Positions 48,426 to 58,029 of a stretch of DNA of 64,000 bases are shown piece by piece (positions within the stretch are counted from its first letter, which is position 1; each line of letters starts with the position of its first letter). The position numbers and the translations under genes are program-made. The notes under the pieces are model-generated. The model had not been told where the DNA came from. It searched no databases and saw only the letters and a program-made list of their open reading frames with translations. The stretch comes from Myxococcota bacterium (lineage in GTDB: Bacteria; Myxococcota_A; Polyangia; Nannocystales; Nannocystaceae): the NCBI GenBank assembly GCA_039028615.1, contig JBCCHT010000018.1, forward strand, positions 64,001 to 128,000. The letters run 5' to 3'.

Positions 48426-51424
48426 TGGGTGGCCTCGTGCTCGGCGTCGGCGGCTTCGATCAGGGCATCGATGGCGGTGAGGACGGCGCTTCGCAGGCGC
48501 AGGGCCTCGGCCCGAGGGGCACTGCTGGCGGCGCGATCGAGGCGGGCGCGGGCTTGCTCGACGGCGCGGGTGAGCTGGCGGGCGCGCTGGGCCCAGGCGC
48601 GGGCGACGGGGCGCAAGGCTTCGCGGAAGGCGGAGCGCATGGAGGCTTCGCCGCCGCCGATCTTGGAGCCGTGCTCGCGCAGCAAGGCGGGGAGGAAGCC
48701 GGCGTGCAGGAGGCCCTCGACGTGGCCCTGGGCCCAGGGGACGAGCTGCTGGTCGAGGACGTGGGCGGCAGCGGGGTCTTCGTGTCCGAGCGGGGCCAAG
48801 GCGCGGCGCAGGGCGGTCATGCTGCCCTCGCGGAAGGCGGCGGCGAGGTAGTCGGCGTCTTGCGGATCGAGGGGGCCCTTGGCGAGGCCTTTGCCCGCGA
48901 CGAGCACGCCGAGGCTGAGGCCTTCGCGGGTGAGCTGGTCGTCGACGCCGAGCAGTTCTTGCTCGATGGAATCGCCGAAACGCAGCAGCAGGGGATGGGC
49001 GGCGACTCGCTCGCCGCGGATGCCCTCGAGGGCGGCGTCGGCTTGCTCTTCGAGGGCTTTGACGGCGACGGTGACAGACTCGCGAGCGGCTCGCAGGGCC
49101 TCGCTGAGCCGACGGGCGGTGAGGCTGCGCTTGAGCTCGCGGGCGCGCTGAAGGAAGTGGCGCTCGAGCGCTTTTTCGACGTCTTCGAAGGGGTCGGGGC
49201 CCTTGCTCTCGCCGCTGCGGTGCTCGAGGGCATCGCGGGCACACAGGGGCACGACCTCCACGAGGACCTCGCCGAGTTGTTGACGCAGGTAGTCGGCCAG
49301 CTCGGTCTTCTCGTCGTCTTCGAGGGTGTCGACTTTGTTGAGCACGCCGAGTACTTGGCGTCCGCCCGCGCGGAGGCTGGCGAGCATGCCGGCCTCGGTG
49401 GCGGCACCGCTGCGGGTGGCGGAGAAGATCCACACCACGGCGTCGGCCTCGTCGAGGAACTCGCGGGCGACCTGCTCGTGGAAGGCGTCGAGGGCGTTGA
49501 GGCCGGGAGTGTCGACGACGGCGGCTTCGCCCACGCGACCGCCCGTGCGCTCGATCTCCACGTGGCGGATGCGAGCGGCGGCGGCATCGTCGAGGCCGTG
49601 CAGGAAGGACTCGACGTCTTCGGCGGGCAGGGTGGCGATGCGACCGTCGCGGTAGTGCACCTGGGCGCCGCTGGGGCCCCGACGAAACACGTTGATCGTG
49701 CTGGTGGTGGGCAGCACGCCCATGGGCGCGACGGCCTGGCCGAGCAGGGCGTTGACGAAGGTGCTCTTGCCCGCCGAAAACTCGCCCATGATCGCGATGG
49801 TCAGCGGTCGGGCGAGGCGCTCGCGGGCGGCGACGACCTGGGCCATGGCGGTCTGTACCCCGGCCAGCGAGACCCCGAGGATTCGATTGGGTACACCCGC
49901 GAGCAGGGTGGTGGCGGAGCCGAGGCGATCTTCGAGCCGGGCCGCCTCGCCGCTCTGCGACAGGGCGGCGAGCAAGGTGCGGGCGCGCGGCAAGGTGGGC
50001 GACTCGATCAACGCTTCGACGAGCAGGTCTTGCGCGAGCTCGTCTTGCTTCTCGAGCTGACAGCGCTCGGCTGCGGCCAGGGCACGCTGGCTGGCGAGCA
50101 CGGTGCCGCGGGCATCGGGGTCGCGCACGGGGCTGGCGGGATCGGGGCCCGCGGGGCCGCCGAGATCGGGGTCGGCCCGGAAGCGCGGGGGCATGCCGGG
50201 CTGGAAGTCTTCGGTGGAGGGCTCGCCGCCCGCGATGCGGTGCCGCGCGCGGACGAGTCGTAGCTCCTCGGGGGCGGTGCCCTCTTCGCGGCGCAGGCGA
50301 TCGAAGATGGGGTCGCGCACGGGCGGCGGAAACCAATCGAGCCGCAGCGCGACGTGGGCGAGCTCTTGGAGGTAGCGGTCGCGGACGGCTCGCGGCGCTT
50401 GTTGGGCGGCGTTGGCCAGCGCCTCGACGACTTCGCGGCGACGATCGGGTTGATCGGCTAGGTCGTGCGACTCGTCGTTGGCCAGCTCGACCAAGGCCCA
50501 GCGCCGTCGATGCTCGGGGTTGGTGGGGTCGGCCTGGAGGTGCCGCATGGCGACGGTGGACAGGTCGTCGCCGCCGTCGTCGGGCAGGCCCACGGTGAGC
50601 CCGACCATGAGCCGGGTCTCGTCGAGGGCGGGGTCGTCTCCCATGGCCTCCAGGCGCGCCTGAGCACCCACCGCATCGCCCTTGGCGGCGAGGACCCGAA
50701 TCCACAGCTCGGCCGCGAGCGCGTCGCCTTCGTCGTGCTCGAGCGCTTCTTCGACCCACCGCTCGGCCTCGGGGGCTTGGTCGGCGGCCAGCAGCAGGGT
50801 GATGCCATGGCGCAGCAACATCGCGCGCAGCGGGGCCCCCAGCTCGGGGGGCAGCTGGGTGCGAGCCTTGTGGAACTCGCGGAGGGCACGGTCCTGCTCG
50901 CCGCGCCGAAGCTGAGCCACGCCGCCGAGCAGGTGCAGCATGAGCCGAGTCTCGTGGGCGTCGGTCTTGGGGATGTCGGCCAGGCCGCGGGTGGCCCGTC
51001 GCAAGGCATCCAGCGCGGGCTCGGGGCGGTCTTCGTACAGGTCGTGCGCGCCCTGCAGCAGGTTGCGCGGGGTAGAGCCGAGGGCGTCGTCGCCCAGCGC
51101 GGCGATGACATCGGCGAGCGGCCGCAGCGGTCGACCGCCCATGATCAAGTCGTGCACGAAGGTCAGGCCCAGGGCGTAGCGCAGGTGCGGCTGACCGGGG
51201 TGGGCTTCGACCAGCGAACGCAGCGTGCTGCGAGCGGCCGACAGCTCGCCCGCCAGGCGCTGGGTCCGGGCGGTGGCCAGCGGCTCGCGCAGCTCCTCGG
51301 GCACGGTGGGTGTGCCCGAGACCTCGGCCACCAGCTCACCCACGCGGCGGGCCCAGCCGCCCAGTGCATCGCCTACGGAACGTAGCCGTGCTCCCGGTTT
51401 GCCCTGCTCCTGCTCGTCGCTCAT
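48422..51424 (-). CDS. TPR-like N-terminal region fused to dynamin-family GTPase
   Basis: G1 'GEFSAGKSTFVNALLG', G2 'PTT', G3 'DTPG', G4 'NKVD'; ~500-aa helical-repeat N-terminus. Confidence 0.82.
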   Translation of the reverse strand: MSDEQEQGKPGARLRSVGDALGGWARRVGELVAEVSGTPTVPEELREPLATARTQRLAGELSAARSTLRSLVEAHPGQPHLRYALGLTFVHDLIMGGRPLRPLADVIAALGDDALGSTPRNLLQGAHDLYEDRPEPALDALRRATRGLADIPKTDAHETRLMLHLLGGVAQLRRGEQDRALREFHKARTQLPPELGAPLRAMLLRHGITLLLAADQAPEAERWVEEALEHDEGDALAAELWIRVLAAKGDAVGAQARLEAMGDDPALDETRLMVGLTVGLPDDGGDDLSTVAMRHLQADPTNPEHRRRWALVELANDESHDLADQPDRRREVVEALANAAQQAPRAVRDRYLQELAHVALRLDWFPPPVRDPIFDRLRREEGTAPEELRLVRARHRIAGGEPSTEDFQPGMPPRFRADPDLGGPAGPDPASPVRDPDARGTVLASQRALAAAERCQLEKQDELAQDLLVEALIESPTLPRARTLLAALSQSGEAARLEDRLGSATTLLAGVPNRILGVSLAGVQTAMAQVVAARERLARPLTIAIMGEFSAGKSTFVNALLGQAVAPMGVLPTTSTINVFRRGPSGAQVHYRDGRIATLPAEDVESFLHGLDDAAAARIRHVEIERTGGRVGEAAVVDTPGLNALDAFHEQVAREFLDEADAVVWIFSATRSGAATEAGMLASLRAGGRQVLGVLNKVDTLEDDEKTELADYLRQQLGEVLVEVVPLCARDALEHRSGESKGPDPFEDVEKALERHFLQRARELKRSLTARRLSEALRAARESVTVAVKALEEQADAALEGIRGERVAAHPLLLRFGDSIEQELLGVDDQLTREGLSLGVLVAGKGLAKGPLDPQDADYLAAAFREGSMTALRRALAPLGHEDPAAAHVLDQQLVPWAQGHVEGLLHAGFLPALLREHGSKIGGGEASMRSAFREALRPVARAWAQRARQLTRAVEQARARLDRAASSAPRAEALRLRSAVLTAIDALIEAADAEHEATQ

Positions 51425-51530
51425 CGGCAGGGAGCTTAGCAGCCGGGGCCGCGGGCGCAGAGGCTCCGTGCACCATGGGCCCGATCCCGCCCGGGCGGGC
51501 ACGGTCTGGGCCTGCTACCGTTGGTTTTCG

Positions 51531-52241
51531 ATGCGCATGCACGTGGGCACCAGCGGCTTCAGCTACGACGAGTGGGTCGGGCCCTTCTATCCGGCGCAGC
51601 TCGGGTCCGATCGGCGGCTGGCCTACTACGGCGAGCGCTTCTCCACGGTGGAGATCAACAACACTTTCTATCGCATGCCCAAGCGCGAGGTGCTCGAGCG
51701 CTGGTCGGCGGCGGTGCCCGACTCGTTTCGCTTCGTGATCAAGGCGTCGCGGGCCATCACCCACAAGGGTCGGTTGGCCGGGGTCGAGGACTCGGTGGAG
51801 TACCTTTTGGGGCAGCTGCAGTCGCTGGGCGACAAGTGCGGGCCCATCCTGTTCCAGACGCCGCCCTACCTGCGCAAGGGCGTCGAGCGGCTGAGCAACT
51901 TCGTCGCGCTATTGCCCGAGGGCGTGCGCGCGGCGTTCGAGTTTCGCCACGAGAGCTGGGACGACCCCGAGGTCCACGAGGTCTTGGCCAAGGGTGGCCA
52001 CGCGGTGTGCATCGGCGAGCTCGACGAGGTGAACCCGAAGCGCTCGCTACCCCGCACCGCGCCGTGGGCCGTGCTGCGCCTGCACGTGCGCAGCTATACC
52101 GACGAGCAGCTCGAGGCATGGGCCGAGCGCATCGCCGAGACCTGGGACGAAGCGTTCGTGTTCTTCAAGCACGAGACCACGGGGCCACAGCTCGCCAAGC
52201 GGATGATCGCCATCGCCCAGCAGCGGGGGATCGAGGCCTGA
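51531..52241 (+). CDS. DUF72 family protein
   Basis: 'VGTSGFSY..W.GPFYP', 'VEINNTFYRMP', 'ILFQTPP', 'FEFRHESW'. Confidence 0.9.
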   Translation: MRMHVGTSGFSYDEWVGPFYPAQLGSDRRLAYYGERFSTVEINNTFYRMPKREVLERWSAAVPDSFRFVIKASRAITHKGRLAGVEDSVEYLLGQLQSLGDKCGPILFQTPPYLRKGVERLSNFVALLPEGVRAAFEFRHESWDDPEVHEVLAKGGHAVCIGELDEVNPKRSLPRTAPWAVLRLHVRSYTDEQLEAWAERIAETWDEAFVFFKHETTGPQLAKRMIAIAQQRGIEA

Positions 52242-52244
52242 GCG

Positions 52245-52544
52245 TTGCCCGTCCAGCTCAAGATGCACGCCTTCCGCAACGACGAGTGGGAGACGCTCGA
52301 CACCTGCTGGAGTAGCCCGCTGTCGTTCTGGTCGCAGAAGAGCTTGCGCATCGAGCCGCCCCTGCCCCTGCGCGTCGTCGTACTCGGCGCCGTGATCGCC
52401 GAGTCCGAGCAGGGGTGGATCAACTACGGCGGGCTCAGTGCCATGTTCATCCAAGCGGTGCAGGCACGCGGGCGAGCGGGGCAGCGGGTTCGTGCCGAGA
52501 TCCACGACGAGCCGGTCACCGAAGAAGAGATCGACGAGGAGTAG
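52245..52544 (+). CDS. Small hypothetical protein
   Basis: Fills the gap in a co-directional run; host-like codon usage; TTG start. Confidence 0.55.
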   Translation: MPVQLKMHAFRNDEWETLDTCWSSPLSFWSQKSLRIEPPLPLRVVVLGAVIAESEQGWINYGGLSAMFIQAVQARGRAGQRVRAEIHDEPVTEEEIDEE

Positions 52545-52565
52545 TCGCGACTCGGTTGCGGTGGT

Positions 52566-53012
52566 ATGCGGGGGGCCGTGTTCGAGCGCAAGATCCACAC
52601 CGAGATCGTCATCGCTGCCTCCCCCGAGAAGATCTGGGCTGCCCTGGCCGATCTGAAGACCTGGTCGGAGTGGAACAAGGTCGTGCTCGGCGTCGACTTG
52701 AAGGGTCCCCTGCAAGAGGGCACCAAGGGTCGGCTGTCCATCCGCACCCCGGCGGGCAAGACCAAGCTGAGCGTCACGCTCGTGACCGTGCGCGAGAACG
52801 AAGAGCTGGCGTGGCAGGGCGGTGTGTCCGGGTTGGTCACCGGTTGCCACGGCTTCCGGCTCGAGCCCACCGAGGGCGGCACCCGGCTGATTCACACCGA
52901 GGTGTTCCGCGGTTTCTTCGTGCCCCCGCTCATCGGCATGGTGCGCAAGGGCATGGACAAGGGCTACCAGCAGCTCAACCGCGGCCTGAAGAAGCACGTC
53001 GAGTCGAACTGA
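52566..53012 (+). CDS. SRPBCC-family protein
   Basis: 'IHTEIVIAASPEKIWAAL', 'WN', 'ELAWQG', 'H.FRLEP..GGTRL.H.E', 'LKKHVE'. Confidence 0.85.
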   Translation: MRGAVFERKIHTEIVIAASPEKIWAALADLKTWSEWNKVVLGVDLKGPLQEGTKGRLSIRTPAGKTKLSVTLVTVRENEELAWQGGVSGLVTGCHGFRLEPTEGGTRLIHTEVFRGFFVPPLIGMVRKGMDKGYQQLNRGLKKHVESN

Positions 53013-53018
53013 TCGGCG

Positions 53019-54512
53019 TCACTCGTCGGGCTGCACGTGGCGCTTGACCGTGCGTCGATCGAGCTCGGTGCGGCGGGCGACCTCTTCGTAGGTGCCGTGC
53101 CGGGCGTAGAGTAGGCGGCAGTAGTCTCGCACCAGGGTTCGGGCCGGGAGTGCGCCCGCGTCGATCGCCTGGTGCAGACGTGTGCGGTCGTCGTGACCGA
53201 GGCCGGCGTGGTCACCTTCGTAGTGGCGGGTCATCAGCACTCGCCGCACGCATTGCTCGAGCTCGCGGACGTTGCCGGGCCAGGCGTAGTCGCGCGGCAG
53301 GTCGCTGGCGATGGCGGCCGCGATCTCGTCGACCAGCTCGGGCGCGGGCTGGCCCAGGGTGCGCTCCAGCACCGTGCCGATGAGCAGGGGCAGCTCCTGC
53401 GGATCTTCGGCCAGGCGCTGCTGCAGACTCGGCATCTCGATGACGTCCGAACAGAGCCGATAGTAGAAGTCGTTGCGGAAGCTGCCGCGGGCGCGCTCGG
53501 TGGCCAGGTCGCGATTGGTGGCGGCGATGACTCGCCCGGAAAAGCGCTGCGCCTGGTGGCTACCCACGGGCGAGAACTCGCGCTCTTGCAGCACGCGGAG
53601 CAGCTTGATCTGCACGGGCACGCCGATCTCTCCGATCTCGTCGAGGAAGATCGCACCGTGCGGGCTACAGCGACTGAAGGCCCCCGCGTGGCGCTCCACC
53701 GCCCCCGTGAACGCCCCTTTGACGTGGCCGAACAGCTCCGACTCGAGCAGGCCGGCCGAGAACTGCGACAGGTTCACGGACACGAAGGCCTCGGTGAAGC
53801 TCTCCAAGAATCGGTGCTTGCGAGGGTCGTAGGGGATGAAGCCCGCGCGACCGATGGCGGCGGCGGCCGTGCCCTTCCCCGTGCCGGTCTCGCCCAGCAC
53901 GATGGTGGAGAAGTCCTCCATGCGATTCCACAGCCAGCGATCGTAGCGACCGATGTCGTGGGTGAAGATGTTGTTCCACAGCGCCTGTCGAAGGGCGCGC
54001 ATGCAGGGGCTGCGACCGGGCAGCGAGCGATCGATGAAGCGAAAGGCGCGACGCATCTGAAAGAGCACGGCCACCATGCGCACCGCGTCCTCGCGCGGCA
54101 TGCCGTGTCCCTCGAGGAAGGTGAGCAGGCGCGGGCCGAAGGCGGCGGGGCAGGGTTGGGCGCCCGCGTCCAGCTGGGCTTCGATGTGCTCGTCGATCTG
54201 CGCGGCGAAGTGGTGGAAGCACGAGAACAACATCGCGCGCTCGACCAAGGGGCGGACGGTGGCCGAGCGCTCGTGCAGTCGCAGCGAACCCTCGGTCATC
54301 AACGGCTCGAGTCGGCCGTCCACCTCGGCGACGACGCGGTCGAGTAGCGCCTGCCGTCCCGTGGCTCCGGTGACCTCGGCCAGCTCGATGTCGATCTCGT
54401 GCCGACGGTCGCCGAAGGGGTTGGAGAACACCGCCTCCGACACCCGCTCGAGGAAGGCGCGATTTTCGCCTTCGATGTCCGCATGTACATCCAATGCACA
54501 TTGACCATGCAT
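53019..54512 (-). CDS. Sigma54-dependent enhancer-binding protein without receiver domain
   Basis: 'GETGTGKG', 'ESELFGHVKGAFTGA', 'FLDEIGE', 'ATNRDL', 'WPGNVREL', C-terminal HTH. Confidence 0.92.
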   Translation of the reverse strand: MHGQCALDVHADIEGENRAFLERVSEAVFSNPFGDRRHEIDIELAEVTGATGRQALLDRVVAEVDGRLEPLMTEGSLRLHERSATVRPLVERAMLFSCFHHFAAQIDEHIEAQLDAGAQPCPAAFGPRLLTFLEGHGMPREDAVRMVAVLFQMRRAFRFIDRSLPGRSPCMRALRQALWNNIFTHDIGRYDRWLWNRMEDFSTIVLGETGTGKGTAAAAIGRAGFIPYDPRKHRFLESFTEAFVSVNLSQFSAGLLESELFGHVKGAFTGAVERHAGAFSRCSPHGAIFLDEIGEIGVPVQIKLLRVLQEREFSPVGSHQAQRFSGRVIAATNRDLATERARGSFRNDFYYRLCSDVIEMPSLQQRLAEDPQELPLLIGTVLERTLGQPAPELVDEIAAAIASDLPRDYAWPGNVRELEQCVRRVLMTRHYEGDHAGLGHDDRTRLHQAIDAGALPARTLVRDYCRLLYARHGTYEEVARRTELDRRTVKRHVQPDE

Positions 54513-54596
54513 CTAGTGGACTGAGCTGGCAACGGGAGCCGGCTTCTCTATGATCGAAGATCAATAAAAACAAAGAGTTGAAGGCACGCCCCCGGG

Positions 54597-54612
54597 CGGC
54601 ATGGACGGTGCT
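54597..54612 (+). promoter_or_regulatory. Possible sigma54 promoter upstream of the MFS-acyltransferase gene
   Basis: CGGCATGGACGGTGCT has GG-N10-GC spacing; IHF-like AAACAAAGAGTTG at ~54568-54580. Confidence 0.45.
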
Positions 54613-54624
54613 TTGTCCTGGGGC

Positions 54625-56478
54625 ATGAGCACGCCTGCCCCTGGTCTGCTGAGGTCCCGTCGCTTCGCGCCGTTCTTCTTCACCCAGCTTCTGGGTGCGC
54701 TCAACGACAACCTGCTGCGCAACGCGATGATCGTGATGGTCACCTTCGGTCTGGTCGACCTGGGCGGCCTCGATGCGCAGACGATGGTCAACCTGAGCGC
54801 GGGCTTGTTCATCCTGCCCTTCTTCTTGCTCTCGGCCACGGCAGGTCAGCTCGCCGACACCCTCGACAAGGCCCGACTCATCCGCGGCCTCAAGCGACTC
54901 GAGATCGCGTTGATGGTGGTCGCCTCGATCGGCCTGGCCACGGGCAGCATCGTATTGTTGCTGGTGACCCTCATGCTCATGGGCGCTCAGTCGGCGCTCT
55001 TCGGTCCGGTGAAGTACTCGATCTTGCCGCAGCACCTGCGGTCGAACGAGCTGGTCGCGGGCAACGGCTGGGTCGAGATGGGCACCTTCATGGCGATCAT
55101 GGGCGGCACCATCCTCGGCGGCATGCTCATGACCCGCGGCACCATGGCGGTGTCGGTGGCCTTGATCGCGGTGGCGACCTTGGGGTGGTGGACGAGCCGC
55201 AGCATTCCCGAGGCGCCCTCGCAGGTGCCCGCCGCCAAGGTGCGCTGGAACCCGGTCGCTCAGACGCGGCAGGTGATGCGCTTGGCTCGAGCCGACCGGG
55301 GGATCTTCGATGCCATCTTGGGCGGCTCCTGGTTCTGGCTCTACGGCGCGATGCTGCTGGCGTTGTTGCCCGCGGTCGGGACCGAGATCTTGGGCGGCGA
55401 TGCGGGGGTGGTCACGGCGCTGCTGGTGACCTTCTCGGTGGGCATCGCCGCGGGCTCGCTATTGTGCGACCGACTCTCGGGCGGCACCATCGAGCTCGGC
55501 CTGGTCGCGCTGGGAGCCGCCTTGGGCGGGGTGTTCGGCCTCCACCTGTTCTTCGTGCTGTCGGGCCTCGAGGCGCCCGTGGGCACCATCGGCGCGGGCG
55601 CGGTGCCCTGGATGGTCTACGCCGACCTCGTGGGTCTGGGCGCGGCGGGAGGCCTGTTCATCGTGCCGCTGTACGCCTTGATGCAGCACCGCGCCAAGCC
55701 GGCCGAGCGCTCGCAGGTCATCGCCGCCAACAACGTCGTCAACGCCTTGTTCGTGGTGGTCGCTTCGGGCGGCGCGATCGCCCTGCGAGCCATGGGCCTG
55801 GGCACCACGGGCATCTTGTTGTTGGTCGCCCTGGGCAACGTGGCCGTGGCCGTCATCGCTTATCGCAAGCTCCCCGACCTCACCCTGCGCCTGGTCATCA
55901 GCGCCATGATCCGCGTGATGTATCGGCTGCGTGTCACCGGTCTCGACCGCATCCCCGAGCAGGGGCCCGCGGTGCTGGTCTGCAACCACATCAGCTTCGT
56001 CGACGCGCTGCTCATCGGCGGGCTCTCGCGGCGACCGGTCCGCTTCGTCATGGACCACCAGATCTTCCGCAACCGCGTGCTGTCCTGGTTCTTCCGCACG
56101 GTGGGCACGGTGCCCATCGCCCCCCGCCACGTCGACCTCGACGTCTATCACTCGGCCCTCGACCGCGTGGCCGAGCTGCTCGAGGCGGGCGAGCTAGTGT
56201 GCATCTTCCCCGAGGGCAAGATCACCTACACGGGCGAGCTCAACGAGTTCCGCCAGGGCGTGGAGCGCATCGTGGCCCGGACCCCCGTGCCCGTGATCCC
56301 CATGGCCTTGCGTGGCCTGTGGGGCAGCGTGTTCAGCCGCAAGGACGGGCCCGCCATGCGCAAGCTGCCGCGACGCTTCCGGGCGCGCGTGGAGCTGTGC
56401 TGCGGGGAGTCGATGGCGCCGCAGCAGGCCAGCGCAGGGGCGCTGCAGCAGCGCGTGCAGCAGATGCTGGCCGCGTAG
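54625..56478 (+). CDS. MFS transporter fused to PlsC-type acyltransferase (LplT/Aas-like)
   Basis: 'RRFAPFF.TQ.LGALNDN', 'FGPVKYSILP', many TM helices; 'NHISFVD' and 'IFPEG' acyltransferase motifs. Confidence 0.9.
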   Translation: MSTPAPGLLRSRRFAPFFFTQLLGALNDNLLRNAMIVMVTFGLVDLGGLDAQTMVNLSAGLFILPFFLLSATAGQLADTLDKARLIRGLKRLEIALMVVASIGLATGSIVLLLVTLMLMGAQSALFGPVKYSILPQHLRSNELVAGNGWVEMGTFMAIMGGTILGGMLMTRGTMAVSVALIAVATLGWWTSRSIPEAPSQVPAAKVRWNPVAQTRQVMRLARADRGIFDAILGGSWFWLYGAMLLALLPAVGTEILGGDAGVVTALLVTFSVGIAAGSLLCDRLSGGTIELGLVALGAALGGVFGLHLFFVLSGLEAPVGTIGAGAVPWMVYADLVGLGAAGGLFIVPLYALMQHRAKPAERSQVIAANNVVNALFVVVASGGAIALRAMGLGTTGILLLVALGNVAVAVIAYRKLPDLTLRLVISAMIRVMYRLRVTGLDRIPEQGPAVLVCNHISFVDALLIGGLSRRPVRFVMDHQIFRNRVLSWFFRTVGTVPIAPRHVDLDVYHSALDRVAELLEAGELVCIFPEGKITYTGELNEFRQGVERIVARTPVPVIPMALRGLWGSVFSRKDGPAMRKLPRRFRARVELCCGESMAPQQASAGALQQRVQQMLAA

Positions 56479-56514
56479 TCGGAGGCGGCCGTCGTGCTAT
56501 GGTCCGCGGCCGAA

Positions 56515-57552
56515 ATGGACGTGCCCGTGCCCTCGACTCGGATTGCCCGCAAGACCTCCTGGCTCCTGTTCGCGATGCTCGCGGTGGGCTGTGACCGAGG
56601 CGAGTCCGCGGAGGCCAAGCCCACCGCGGCCCAAGCCAAGCCGACTGCAGGCGACGCGAAAACCGAGGGCGAGGCGAAGGGCACGCCCGCGGGATCGGAC
56701 GCCAAGGCGAACGCGGGCACGCCCGTGGCCAAGCCCGACCACTGCGATGCGGCCTACGGCAAGACGCTCGAGGCCGAGATGCAGGCGTGGTGTCCGTTGA
56801 ACGAGAAGGTGCTCACCATCGACGTGCCCGACGCTCCGTGGCCGTCCGAGCCCGCTGCACTCTCTCGGACGCTGCTGCCGCTCGAGATGACCAAGGCAGG
56901 GGTGGTGGTCGGCTGGGGACCCCCTGGGCCGGTCTCCGGGGTGGCGACGCGCATGGCCGAGTTCAGTCGGGGACAGTCCGCGGCGGTGGCCCATGGCGCG
57001 GAGCCGCAGGCGGGCTGGGGGCTGCGGATCGCAGGCGACGTTGCGCGGGCCGATGTGGCGGTGCTGATGCAGGCGCTGGTCGATGCCAAGCAACCCAAGG
57101 TGGAGCTCGCTCTGGCCACGCCGATGACGGGTGAGCCGCCGAAGCCTCGCGACGCAGCTCTGCTCACCGAACTCGGGGGTCGCATCACGGCCAAGGACGT
57201 CGGCACGCGCACGATGGTGCTGGCCAAGGAAATGGCCGGCCGCATGCCGCCGTGCCCCGAGCTGCAAGAGTCCTTCAACTCCGCGGCCACCGTGCCGCCG
57301 GAGAAGCGCTGCGGGATGCTGGCCCAGGGCTTCGCCAATGGTCTGGTCCAGTGTGGCTGCCAGAAGGAAGACGAGGTGCTCACCTTGCTCTTCGGTCTGA
57401 CGCTGGGCTTGGAGCCGCCGACTCGGCTGGGCACGGTGGCCGAGGCGACCCTCGATCCCGCCGGGCCGTCGCGCGCGGGGGCGACGTGGGCCGAGATCGT
57501 CGCGGGTCTCGACCAGGCCGCGCTCGCCAATCTCTGGGTCGCGCCCGAGTAA
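56515..57552 (+). CDS. Hypothetical lipoprotein
   Basis: Lipobox LAVGC, Ala/Lys linker, several Cys. Confidence 0.7.
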   Translation: MDVPVPSTRIARKTSWLLFAMLAVGCDRGESAEAKPTAAQAKPTAGDAKTEGEAKGTPAGSDAKANAGTPVAKPDHCDAAYGKTLEAEMQAWCPLNEKVLTIDVPDAPWPSEPAALSRTLLPLEMTKAGVVVGWGPPGPVSGVATRMAEFSRGQSAAVAHGAEPQAGWGLRIAGDVARADVAVLMQALVDAKQPKVELALATPMTGEPPKPRDAALLTELGGRITAKDVGTRTMVLAKEMAGRMPPCPELQESFNSAATVPPEKRCGMLAQGFANGLVQCGCQKEDEVLTLLFGLTLGLEPPTRLGTVAEATLDPAGPSRAGATWAEIVAGLDQAALANLWVAPE

Positions 57553-58029
57553 AAAGGTCGCTCGCTTGCGCGACGACTTCGTGTCGTTCGCGTTGCAAAC
57601 ACGCGCGTTGAGAAGGCGTGTTCGATCGAACGATCGACCGCGTTTCATGCCGGGAATTCGCATGGGCGTAGCGCGTTGATGCGCCCCCGATCGCAATCGA
57701 TCCCAGGCCCTTTGGCCGTCTCGCACGACCCTTCGTGACGTCCCTCGCGGGGTGCAGCACCGCCCGTGGATAGGGGAGTTGCCGCTGAAACCTTCGATCC
57801 GATCGCTATCCCCACGGGCGGTTGCGAATTCCACCAAAAGCAACAGTTGTAGCCACCGCGACTCCACCGTTTGGGACGGTTTTTTGCGTGACGTTTCCGG
57901 GTGCCAAAGGCCTTGTACAACGCTCAAACGGTCCTCTAGGTTCCGCCGCGCCTCCCGCCCCGGTATCCGTCAGTGCGCAGGAGAGGCGCCGGATACCGTG
58001 CGCAAAAACCAACAAAACGACACCTGCTC

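Noticed and set aside
47781..50759. 992-aa ORF as an extended RNase HII
   Set aside because: The Arg/Pro-rich N-terminal part is an alternative frame of the dynamin gene; only 47781-48425 is rnhB.
57891..57906. Sigma54 promoter (TGGCAC on the minus strand); also TGGCAC at 15172 on the plus strand
   Set aside because: No GC at the -12 position with the required GG-N10-GC spacing.
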